This document shows, one piece after another, positions 48,935 through 61,248 of a DNA stretch of 64,000 nucleotides. The notes beneath the pieces were generated by a model that did not search any database, was not told the origin of the DNA, and saw only the letters and a list, made by a program, of their open reading frames with translations. Every line of letters starts with the position of its first letter. The first letter of the stretch is position 1. The stretch spans positions 16,926,001 through 16,990,000 of the forward strand of contig OZ024764.1 of the NCBI GenBank assembly GCA_964016885.1, given 5' to 3'. The position numbers were made by a program, and so were the translations under genes. This DNA is from Eledone cirrhosa. Lineage: Eukaryota.

Positions 48935-50757
48935 GCCAAACAATTTGACGAGAGTTATCTCCCTTTGATTTGAGTTATTTGCCCTTTGTTGACATTGAAC
49001 AACTTCCGGTTTGTGGAACTCTTCTTCCTTTGTTGTCATTTCTTGAAGCTGTAACATCATTCTATTTACTCTGGGACTATTAACGATATCTGTTTGGATT
49101 TTACGTGTAAAGAGGTATGTAAAGTTTTATTTGCCGTGTATACACACATTATTGAGACACAAATGTAAGTTGCCATGTCTTTTAAAGAAACAAAACTAAA
49201 TATATACACGCAGCTACCTCTTCTAACTAAATATACATGTTACCCTCCTCTATTATGAAACAAAACTAACCATGATCTGTATATATACACCTCTTCTAAC
49301 ATGTTACAACTAAATCTTCTCTCGATACTATATACATACTTGTAAGGAAATATAACCAAGCTTCCTCTCTATATACATTTTATCTTCTGTATATAAACCT
49401 TATACCTGAATACACAGATATTCTATATACAAGAAGACACTTTTTCACGTAAATACACAAACACTTCAGGCATATTTATGTATTAGCCGTAAATTTATTC
49501 TAAACCATGTAGAGGAAGAATCCTGGGGACATACGTACACATGAAGCTATATTCATATATAAACGGTCTCCCTTCTATCATAACAGATACTTATGAGGCG
49601 CAATATACAAACTTGTTCATACTGGAATAATAGACATGAAACTAAACCTTCTCTAGACATATGAATATAGAAGCTAAACCATACAGTTATATTTTATATC
49701 TAACGAAGCATGGTAGCTCCATTACTCTGCCGTAACACTCCTTACTACTACTTCTAGCATCCTCACCTGCTTGATAGCTACATCATCCATATCTAAACGT
49801 TCTTCACTAGATACAAAACTAAACCTTTATATATACACAACTAACCTATTTTATATTCCTAAGGAAGAGCACCAGACCTGGAGACTACTACAACCCTATC
49901 TCAAGAAGAAAGGTAAATAAATTGTGAAATAAAAGAATAAACCAGTATTTTCCTTTGTTGCCTTATTATTTACTCCCTGTATATATACACACACTAGACA
50001 CCTCTTACACTGTAGGAAGACAAAAACCTTCTGTCACTGTATACTAGATTCATATTATATAAATTATTTCCTAGATACACCTATTAGAAACAAGCCATCT
50101 CTATATACAGGTAAATAACATCAGTGTAGACATGTCTGTATATAAGAAACTGTATTCTATAGAATATATCTAAACCCACATTGTGTGTATCTATATTATA
50201 CACGTGTATGTAGAAACCTGGAAGTGATCATACATATATAAGATAAGAGGTTTTGATCTGTACATACAGATCAATACATTCTCGCTAGATACTACACATA
50301 CCTCTCTGAGGAAACTACTACTATTGTTCTTCTAGTTGTGTATAAGGATCTCACAGTACAACGCGTACATGCTTCCTAAGAAGCAACAGAGCTAACTGTA
50401 TAAATACAAAGAAATTTAGTGTTCTTTACATACACACAAAGCTTACTTCATGTCTATAATATACCTTCTTCTCTATATTGGAAGAAGTACCTCCATTATA
50501 TATTGAAGTTGTGTTCAGTAGAGTACAGTATGTAGAACCATATGTACGCAGTTACCCTTTTCTTTAAAGGATACATCAATACCCTGTTCTCCTCTAGACA
50601 GGGATACTCACCATATAAACACTTTAGTGTATATAAAGCATATCTTCATTGTAAATTTAGAAGTTACACTACACAGATATAAAGACAACCTACATACATA
50701 TTAATACCCTTATATCTCTAGACTACTGTATTATATAAATATAGCTAAGGAATTAAA

Positions 50758-52898
50758 GATGTATGTATATATATACATACATATGCATGTATATATATAC
50801 ATACATATGTATGTATATATATACATACATATGTATATATATACATACATATGCATGTATGTATACAGACATATCTATGTATGTATATATACATGCATAT
50901 GTATACATATGTATGTATAAATACATACATATGTATATATATACATATGTATGTATATACGTACATATGTATATATATACATACATATGTATATATATAC
51001 ATATGTATATATATACACATGTATATATACATACGTATATATATACATATGTATATATATACATATGTATATATATACATACGTATGTATATATACATAC
51101 GTATGTATATATATATACGTATATATATACATACATATGTATGTATACGTATGTACGTATATGTATATATATAAATACGTACGTATGTATATACATACAT
51201 ATGCATATATATACGTATGTATGTACATACATACGTATATATATACATACATACGTATATACATACATATGTATATACATACATATGTATGTACATACAT
51301 ATGTATGTACATACATATGTATATACATACATATGTATGTACGTACATATGTACGTATGTAAATACATATGTATGTACATACACATGTATATACATACGT
51401 ATGTATGTACATACATACATATGTATGTATATACATACGTATGTATGTATATACATACGTATGTATGTACATACGTACGTACGTACATACATACATACGT
51501 ATGTATGTACGTACGTATATACATACGTACGTACATACATATGTATGTATATACATACATATGTATATACGTACGTATGTATATACATACATACGTATGT
51601 ATGTACATACATACATACGTATGTATGTATATACGTATGTATGTATAATACATACATATGTATGTACGTATATACATACGTATGTATGTATATACGTATG
51701 TATGTATAATACATACATATGTATGTACGTACATACGTATATACATACATACGTATGTATGTACATACATACGTATGTATACATACGTATGTATGTACAT
51801 ACGTGCGTATGTACATACATACATATGTACATACGTATGTATGTATATACGTATGTATGTACATACGTACGTACGTATATACATACGTACGTACATACAT
51901 ATGTATGTATGTATATACATACATACGTATGTATGTACATACATATGTATATACATACATACGTATGTATGTACATACATACGTATGTATGTATATACAT
52001 ACGTATGTATGTATATACATATGTATGTACGTACATACGTATATACATACATACGTATGTATGTACATACGTATGTATATACATACATATGTATGTATAT
52101 ACGTATGTATGTATGTACATACGTACGTATATACATACGTATGTATATACGTACATACATATGTATATACATACATACGTATGTATATACATACATACGT
52201 ATGTATGTACATACATACGTACGTACGTATATACATACATACGTATGTATGTACATACATACGTACGTATGTATGTACATACATACATATGTATGTACAT
52301 ACATATGTATGTATATACATACATATGTATGTACATACGTACGTATGTATGTATATACATACATATGTATGTACATACGTATGTATGTACATACATATGT
52401 ATGTATGTACATACATATGTATATACATATGTATGTACGTACATACGTATATACATATGTATGTGTTTATATACATACATATGTATGTACATACGTACGT
52501 ACGTATATACATATGTATGTATATACATACATATGTATATACATACATACGTATGTACATACATATGTATGTATATACATACGTATGTACATACATACGT
52601 ATGTATGTATATACATACATACGTATGTACATACATATGTACGTACGTACATACATACATACGTATGTATATACATACATACGTATGTATGTATATACAT
52701 ACGTACGTATATACATACATACATATGTATGTACATACATACGTATGTATATACATACATATGTATATATATACATACGTATGTATATATACATACATAT
52801 GTGTATACATACATATGCATGTATATATACATACATATGTATGTATACATACTTATGTATACATACATATGTATGTATGTATACATACATATGTATGT
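50758..52898. repeat. 2.1-kb TACA/TATG/TACG alternating purine-pyrimidine microsatellite
   Basis: Seen directly. It is flanked by a 21-bp exact direct repeat. Confidence 0.97.
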
Positions 52899-54992
52899 TT
52901 ATATAAATATAGCTAAGGAGTTAAACTTTTTTCTCTAGATAGAGATAAGTATGTCTATTCTATAGGATACTATTACCTTAAAACCATGTGTATATATACA
53001 CTTACTTCTATAGAATCCATACATATTAACACCTTTCTATCTCTAGGCATATGTATACATACAGAAAGAAATGGCCTCACTAGAATACTGCATTATATAC
53101 ATTACTTTCATGAAAGATGATTCGAACTGAATTCATACTTCTATTCCTATATACATACTGGGAGAGATATAGAATACAAATTTATTCTATATACAGAAGG
53201 AAATAAACTTACTAGAATACTGTATATATATACACATTATAAATGTTTATAATATGAAACTTCTTTATTAATACCTATATACTTACTGGTAAGTATGAGA
53301 GAGATATAGAATATCCACATAACCTCTTACAGGAGATATAGAATACCTATATATACAGTTCCCATTCTCAAAGAAACTTTTCTATAGCACCACACTTACT
53401 TCTTTCAGTAAGAAGGATGTTTCTTACTGGGATTCTATAGTGTAGATACACATTAATTAATCTAGTCTATATATACACTTCTTTCAAGAAGGATGTTTCT
53501 CACTAATTACATAATAATTGAATTCTCTCGCATGTTAATACCTTTTTATCTCTAGGCATGTGTTTAACAATCCACTAGTTATATATATACAGCTGTTAAT
53601 TCCTATATATTTAATATGAATGAAAGTTAAACGATCTACATGTAAGATACTACCTGTGTATATATATAAGAAACGAAAATGTGAAATAAAGATCAATAAA
53701 TAAACTACATTTTGTTGTTGGAGTTATTTTATTTCTTGAGACGACTGTGTGTATCTACACACTAAGTTGAGCTGGCGGAGATCTTCAACATATCTGGAAA
53801 GAAGCAGAGGGTATTAATAAAAACAATCCAGATTACACAGCTCTAACACCAATACTTTTCTAGAGGCAGAAATGAAACCTCTTTATCATGAACAGTTTAG
53901 TTTCTTAGGAGAGTGGGTATAGGGCTGTGAAATACAGTTTCTTATATGCCTCTAGATAAGGTATTACTGTATATATGGGTTTTTTTAAATTATAGAGGAG
54001 GATAGTAAATATAAGCCTTCTAGATGTTACAGAGGAGTCTCTACATACAAACAGTAGATTCTTTGCTGTGTACACACAATATATAGAAGTGTATTATATA
54101 CACACGTGTGTACAATATTTATATAACAAGGCAGTGTATTCTATAAAAAAACTGTATGTATGGGGAGTTGTTTTCCTCTATTGAGAAGGATAGTGAATAT
54201 AATGTCTTCTACATACAATAAATAGATGTCTTGATAAAATATCCAGAGTTTTATGTAAGTATCCTCGGGAAAAGTAGTAGAGAAGAGGGTTTTAACTTTA
54301 CCTTGTGTGTATGTAGATGCTGCATATATACGATACTTCGAAGTGTGTTTATGTATAGAAAGAGGGTCTGTATTCTATATACTACAGTTTCTTATATAGC
54401 TCCGGATACTGTGTATAATGAGGAGACATACCTTTCTTCTAAGTAAGTATATACAGAGAAGGTGTAATAGAGATACGATTATAATATAAATATATAGTTG
54501 ATATGATGTGTGCAAGAGAGAATGCTGAGTTGGAGTAAAGGTGGTGATGCCGAGGTAACTCGACGTAGAAATTACGATGGTATAGTATAGAGAGGAAAGT
54601 AACATGTATGTTTAGTTAGAAGAGGTAGCTGCGTGTATATATTATTTGTTTTGTTTTGTTTCTCGGAAGGAGGTTTAGTTCTGTGAAGAGTGTTTAGAAT
54701 AAATTTAAAAGACATGGCAACTAAAACATTACAAGAATGTATATTTCCAAGATAATGAAATGTATTTTTGTGTCTCAATAATATCCGTGAGTGTGAATAA
54801 AACTTTACATACCTCTTTACACGTAAAATCCAAACAGATATCGTTAATAGTCCCAGAGTAAATAGAATGATGTTACAGCTTCAAGAAATGACAACAAAGG
54901 AAGAAGAGTTCCACAAACCGGAAGTAGTTCAATGTCAACAAAGGGCAAATAACTCAAATCAAAGGGAGATAACTCTCGTCAAATTGTTTGGC

Positions 54993-55155
54993 AAAAACTC
55001 ATGCGAGGCGGGAGAGCAGGCCAGCATAAAGCCAGCCTGCAACGGTCCCGGCCGACCCCGCAACGATTCGAACTTCAGACACGATCGAGTGGTCATGCCA
55101 TACCGAAGTACGACAGCGAAGCCAGAAACGCTACGTGCAGCGCCACGCACAAGCC
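54993..55155 (-). ncRNA. Putative Pol III structured small RNA, copy 3 (identical to copy 2 by eye, convergent)
   Basis: Reverse complement of 48772-48934. Confidence 0.62.
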
Positions 55156-56714
55156 GCAATTCTACAGAGTCAAATAGGCATACTTATAGCTAACATTTTA
55201 CTTCTTTTTTTAAAAAAAAAGAACGGAAAGAAAGCAAGATAACACGACATATTCCGAGTGTTATCTCGTTTTCTTTCTATATAAATATAACGGGATATAT
55301 AGCCATTAAGGAACTGCTAGTGTTTTGTACATATATAACGGGATATACACGAATAGAAGCCAGGGAATATGTAGTAAGGGGTTGATTTATATAGGGAGTC
55401 AATAGTTTGACCATTTTCGCCAACTTCAAATTCTACGTAAATAAGGTTCGCATTTTTGCCCACTTCTTAGACATAAGATAGGGAGGAGGCTCACCTTATA
55501 TTCGAGTATTTTGTATATCTAGACCGGCATCATCATGGGTAGAGCCTACCAGATGCTACTGTGTTGAACGAGAGTAAGGCTGTGGGCTGATGTTTTAGAT
55601 GGTCCTCAGGGCTCTGCTATCAATCGACTTTGTGTGGGGCCACGTTTCTGCTCCATAGAAGAGAAGACTGATGCATCTTTCCAGAACAATTAATATGTAG
55701 GTAACATAGCCTTAGACAGATCTGTATTTGTAATAGTTAGTATCGATTTGGGTAATCTTAAGACCATGATTCCAATCATCAATATATGTATTCATTAAAC
55801 CTAAATATAGTATATATAAAATCTGTTCTCAGCTTCTCACCAGTTTCTTTGGAATTAAGTGTCTGAGAGTATAAGAATCTCCCTGGATAGGACACTGGTC
55901 TATCGCAGGATTAACTCCTCAGCTGAGTGTACTGATGAAATGTTTTTAAAGAATTACATACAGAACTTCCAAGCTGTGAGAGTTATATGTATGGACCCGT
56001 AACTCCCAAGGGAGTCATAGATGCAACGCATTGACATACAGTGTTTCTAGGACTCTTTTTAAAACCAGGTCTGAATACAGCGGATTTCTTCTAGAGAAGT
56101 GTAGAGGAAGAATTCACCAATAGATGGCTTCTATTATGAAGTTATAAGTTCATTCCCTATCCAGGATTGTAGAATTAATTTTATTTAGTTATTATTTAAT
56201 CAATTGTTTTAACAAACAAATTATATCTATAAAACGCCAAATATAGTGAGTTCAAATCTGACTGACATGCATGGTATATATTTATGTTTCATTATACAGC
56301 GACACAATACACAGGAACTTATAAAGATATGTATATATTGTCCAGGAGTTTCGAGTTTAGTGGGAATTGGTACAACTCTCAATTGGAGCTAGTCCCTGCA
56401 AGATCAGCATAAATAATGTTATACCTTTTCATGAAATCTTATTTTATACATGATTATTTAAAGGTGAACAAATACCAAAGAACATTGAGCAGCATTTCTC
56501 AACCTTTCTACCCATGTTGATCTCTTGAAATAGTTTTTATGTCTCAGGGAAGCCCTGCATAAAATATACTTTTTCTATCTCTAGAGCAGTGGTTCCAAAA
56601 TCGTGTGCTGCGATATGAAACTAGATGAGCTGCAAAAGACAAAGATTAAGTTTTAAGATGGGAAAAATATAAAACTGAAATTTCATATAAAAGTTCAAAT
56701 ATAGCTACAGCCAC

Positions 56715-56950
56715 AAACCTAGGCTCCACACCACGCAACGCAGAGGAGAGTAAGATAGTACGGAGGCCTGACTCTCCTCTTCCACTCCATTGAGACCTCT
56801 GCCATACTTGGTCCCCGTACTGCTGATTTCCTCCATAAAGTCGGGAGGAAAGACGGCAGGAGCCTCGTGAGGAAGGGCGACTATTGTAGCAGGTGTCTCT
56901 GTTCTTGCTCCGAGGTAACGCTTTTACGTTTCTTCCACAGGTTGCGGCTG
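56715..56950 (+). mobile_element. Decayed REL-endonuclease (CRE-like) non-LTR element 3' fragment
   Basis: AEESK..., HSIETSAILGP..ADFLHKVG, EPRE...QVSL.LLRGNA, with stops and frameshifts. Confidence 0.5.
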
Positions 56951-57296
56951 AGGGACCACTTAGACTGGGGTGAAGTGTCTGTCTCTCCCCCGACTTCTTA
57001 TTTCTTTTTTTTTCTCCTTTTCATTTTCTTTTCTCTTCTTGCTTATCTCTGCTATACCACGGCATCAAAAACATATATGATATATGTATGTATGGTATAG
57101 GTGTATTTATATTTAGGATAGTTATCAAAGGTAAATAGACTGGTTGGAGCAATAACAGTTTTGTTTATGTATATACATATATATATATATATGTTTGTTC
57201 TTGTATTTCCATAGAAAAGGTAAAGAAAAGAAGAATGCTCTATGTATTGTACAGAGCTATTTAATTACATAATAAACAACAGAATATAATTATTCT

Positions 57297-58580
57297 ATGC
57301 AAATAGACTTAGAATGGAAAACATTCAGACAGAGAAGAATGGATAATGAGCGTCGTAAGAGAAATTGGCCAACAATTAATATTAATGGGAATGTAGAAGA
57401 ATTTCATATTAGTGATATGAATGTTTCGTGTGATCACTGTGGAGCTTTGAAATTTAGAAATGAAAATTGTAACTGTTGTAATAAAGGAAAGGTTGTGTTG
57501 CCTCCATTGCAAATATACCCTGAGAGACTGAGAAATCTCTTTGAAAGAGGCCAGGAAGCAGTTGATTTCACAGAAACATCTGCAATTAAAACTACATTTA
57601 TTTCACTTCATTTGGTGTTAAACTTGCCTTACCACCCGGCAGAGGCCCGTATAGCTTTCATATTCAGGGTCAAACATAGAAGAGAAAATTGTCGTGTACA
57701 GAACTGTGAATTAAGATTTAGAAGAGGATCAGATATGAGCTGTTATAATTTACCAACTAGTAATGATAGCTGTTGTTTTGTGGGGGATTGAGGGCACACC
57801 ACCTGTACAAAGAGATATTATCATCTTTCCTAAAGACCATCCTCCTCAGAAAATACCACATAATTCATGGCACTTGGACCTCACGACCGACCCATAATGG
57901 TTAATTTTGGTGGCATAGTGACATGGAGAGGAATGCAGGACCTGTGTTTGCAATAGACTGACAATGCAGGAGTATTACATATACTGATAGCATATAGAGG
58001 AGGATATAGTGTGATATATAGGGCAGGTAAATTATTTTAGCAGTATTTAGTGGAAGCCTATATGAAAGTAGAGGGATGCAGCCTTCAATATTTGAGGAAC
58101 ATTCAAGCCCAATTGTGAGTGGATGAGTATAATGGTTTAATGAATTATCTAAACAGATGATAACACTGAGCCTTAAGAAATGAAGACAAGATAAGAAAGA
58201 GAGAAGACATTGACAAACTCCAATTAAAAGCAGGATCAATAATAATGCTTCTATGGAATATTTCAATCCAGAACAGATTATGTAATGGTATAAGATTAGA
58301 AGTAGTGGAACTGCATAAACATTTTATCGAAGCTTCTCATATCTATGGTCCTTTGATGGGCAGGTGTGTTTTGATCCCAAGACTGAAGTTATCCCCCAGT
58401 GGTGCCAACATCCCTTTTACTTTGGAAAGACCCCAGTTTCCATTAAGACTGTCATATGCCATGACAATCAACAAGAACCATGGTCAAATACATGATAAAG
58501 TGGGTCTGTTCCTCCCTGAGCAAGTATTTAACCCTGGACAATTGTATGTTGCTTTTTCAAGAGTTCACAGACAGATGTAA
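57297..58580 (+). pseudogene. Decayed autonomous Helitron Rep/PIF1-helicase fragments
   Basis: CDHCGALKF..CCNKGKVVLPPL; QYLVEAYMKVEG..LQYLR near 58040; RLCNG.RL..LIPRL.L..PF...QFPLRLSYAMTINK..GQ...GQLYVAFSRV. Deletions and frameshifts throughout. Confidence 0.85.
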
Positions 58581-59337
58581 AAATTAATCCTACCAACGCC
58601 ACCACTCCTACAACTGTTAGCCCACCCAACCTCCGTTCTAGTCCCACCGTTAGAACCAATGCTGCTTACCCAGCCTCTTTTACTAGTTCTCTCCGTCGCT
58701 CGAATTTCAAAGCTGGCCCTCTACACTTGGTCGTTGCCAGCTCACCACCTGATTGTGCTCTCTGTGTCTGCACTAGCCGGTACCTAAACACAATGAAATG
58801 TCACCTGTGCTACCAAAACTACCACAGGAACTGTGTCGGCATCAGAAAGGCTTCAATACTAGACCTTTAATCAGGGCCACTTTAGCTCCGACGACCAGCT
58901 TCTCTACCGAGTGTGTGTTGGTGGAGGGGACATGAGACCAGCAAAGTCGTAGGAGTAGAGACTAGTAAATAATATACGGTCCTAGCTATGTTAAGAATAT
59001 ATATAAGAAACATGTTCTTTACATTTAAGAAGACAAGAGAAATAAATATTTACCTCTTTCATGTAGGTAATATAGCGGTGTTATAAAACTAAATATACGA
59101 CCGGTGTAACAGTCGGTATAAAGGAAAGATGTAGAAATAAAAGTTTTAACAATGACATGAATAAAGATACAGTAATTTAATATGACCAAGAATAAATATT
59201 TAATGGAATTAAATGTAATTTAATAAGAAATAAGTAAAAGAGTGAATTGCTTAGGTAAAAGAAAAAAACAAAATGAAGAAACATAAAATTTGGTTTGTCT
59301 TTATAAACCTTATTTTAAGCGCGATTTTCCTTCTAAT

Positions 59338-59586
59338 TCCGTAGCTCAGTTAGTAGCAGCTCCGCTTACTAACCTTAGGGCTATAACGTTACATGGTTCG
59401 AATCTTACACTCTTCTCTATAGTGCCACACGAGTTATCTCCTACTCTTTTTATTTAGTTTCACTGTTTAGTGAAAGAGGGCGCTACGAACAGTTACTTAT
59501 GTAGACGGGTGGTTAGCGACTCGGCTTACTAACATTAGCATCATGACGTTACGTGGGTTCGAACCGTGCCGGCGCCTCAATTTTTC
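59338..59586 (+). pseudogene. Two degenerate tRNA-like sequences (Ser/Leu-like long variable region), pseudo-tRNA or SINE heads
   Basis: TAGCTCAGTTAG..GCTTACTAAC..ACGTTACATGGTTCGAATC and GGTGGTTAGCG..GCTTACTAAC..ACGTTACGTGGGTTCGAACC..TTTTTT. The stems do not close cleanly. Confidence 0.4.
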
Positions 59587-60090
59587 AAATAGAGTTATAA
59601 CCCATGGTTCTTTAGAGTTTCATTGTTTACTCGAAAGATGGCGCGGCGATCAACTTTTACGAGAGATAGAAAGACAAATATGTGTCACACTCAATTCTCT
59701 CACCCTCTCGTTACTTCTATTACTTTATTAGTGGAAGACAACAAATATGCTAAGAAATATAATTACATACATAAAAGGTGAATTAAATGGATAAGATCTT
59801 GTATAACTTTTTATTTGTGGATTAAATCCTGGGACAGGTACATAGGTATGTTTGTCCTACCAATACCTGGAGAACTGTTTAATGGTGACATGCAAAACTT
59901 TGTGGGGGACAGGACTCTTGGAGGGGAGATTGGTACTGTCAAACATTGCTAGGGTTCACTGGTATATACACTGTAATATATACATACACATATATAGATA
60001 TATATACACACACACATATATATACATACAATAACATGTTATCCCATATATACACATATATATACATATACATGTGTGTGTATATATATA

Positions 60091-60122
<32 letters not shown>

Positions 60123-60873
60123 CATATATATGTATATATATATATATATATATACATATATATGTATATATATATATATATATATACATATATATATACA
60201 CCCACCCACACATATATATATATTGGGTTGTCAAATATGAATTTGGTAGAAAAAAAAAAACAATCTACAAATTTCATAATTGATGACCCAATATACATAT
60301 ATATATATACAGTTATACATACATATACATATATATATACACACACACACACACATATATATATAATTGTAAATGAAAGTTTTAGCTGTTGCACAGCAAG
60401 TACAATTCAATTTGTTTGAGGCAATCACAAAGCACTCAACGGGTCAAAAGTTAAAAACAGGGATCAAGTCCAGGGTTAACACTGTAGTTATAAAGTGTGA
60501 CACCAAGAAAACCTATCGAAGGCACCAGCTATACATACAACAAAAAATTACGATAGATACAGAAATATTTATATATATCATTTCATTTTACGTCCGCTTT
60601 TCCCTGCTTGCAAGGGTGGGACGGGAACTGATTCTGGCTTGATTTCTACAGCTGGATGCCCTTCCTAACACCAACCTCATTTACAGTGAGTGCTGGGTGC
60701 TTTTTTGCCGTGGCGCCTACACGACCACTCTACAGTGGAATGATAGGGACCCCAGTGCCTATCATCACATTTCTACAGCTGAGTAAACTGGAGTAATGTG
60801 AAATAAAGTGTCTTGCTCAAGGAAACAACACATCACCCGGTCTGAGAATTGAACTCACAACCTTTTGATTGCA

Positions 60874-60910
<37 letters not shown>

Positions 60911-60983
60911 GAAGTTTGAAAGCCATGACAACGTGAAATAGCCGAACAAAGAAAGTAGATAAAGCAAGATGTTACTTTTTACT

Positions 60984-61248
60984 TTAATTAATTTATATAT
61001 ATGTCCTGGTATTTCGAGTTCAAAGTCTCTTCTTCAGAGGGAAATAGTCTAGTGTTTGGCAGAAGGGGTTATACCATGATACCGGGAGTTGTGAACATAG
61101 GGCTTTTACCTTTTTTTGTTTTTAATTAAGTTATAGGTCTTCAGAGACCTAGTATAACACGTTTACCCAAACACCAAACTAGTCCCTTGTATTTCCCTCT
61201 GAAGAGGAGATTTTGATCTCGAAATATTAGGACTTGTAAATAAATTAA
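60984..61248. mobile_element. PLE remnant with inverted hammerhead-bearing repeats
   Basis: + strand 61196-61231 CCT-CTGAAGA-G-GAGAT(TTTG)ATCTC-GAAA-TAT-T-AGG. A diverged mirror copy lies on the - strand at 61005-61040. Confidence 0.65.

Larger units (their letters stand above)
48140..55816. repeat. Large inverted duplication: arms about 48140-49131 and 54796-55816
   Basis: About 1-kb near-identical arms (the same 108-aa ORF appears on both strands). Weaker homology extends inward to about 49245/54598, and 55820-56100 matches 46380-46675 inverted. Confidence 0.93.

Noticed and set aside
48734-49060. 108-aa ORF duplicated at 54867-55193 as a protein gene
   Set aside because: It is antisense to the structured element and has no recognisable domain. 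The diverged copy at 47.1 kb has indels (147 vs 163 nt) that break the frame but keep RNA stems.
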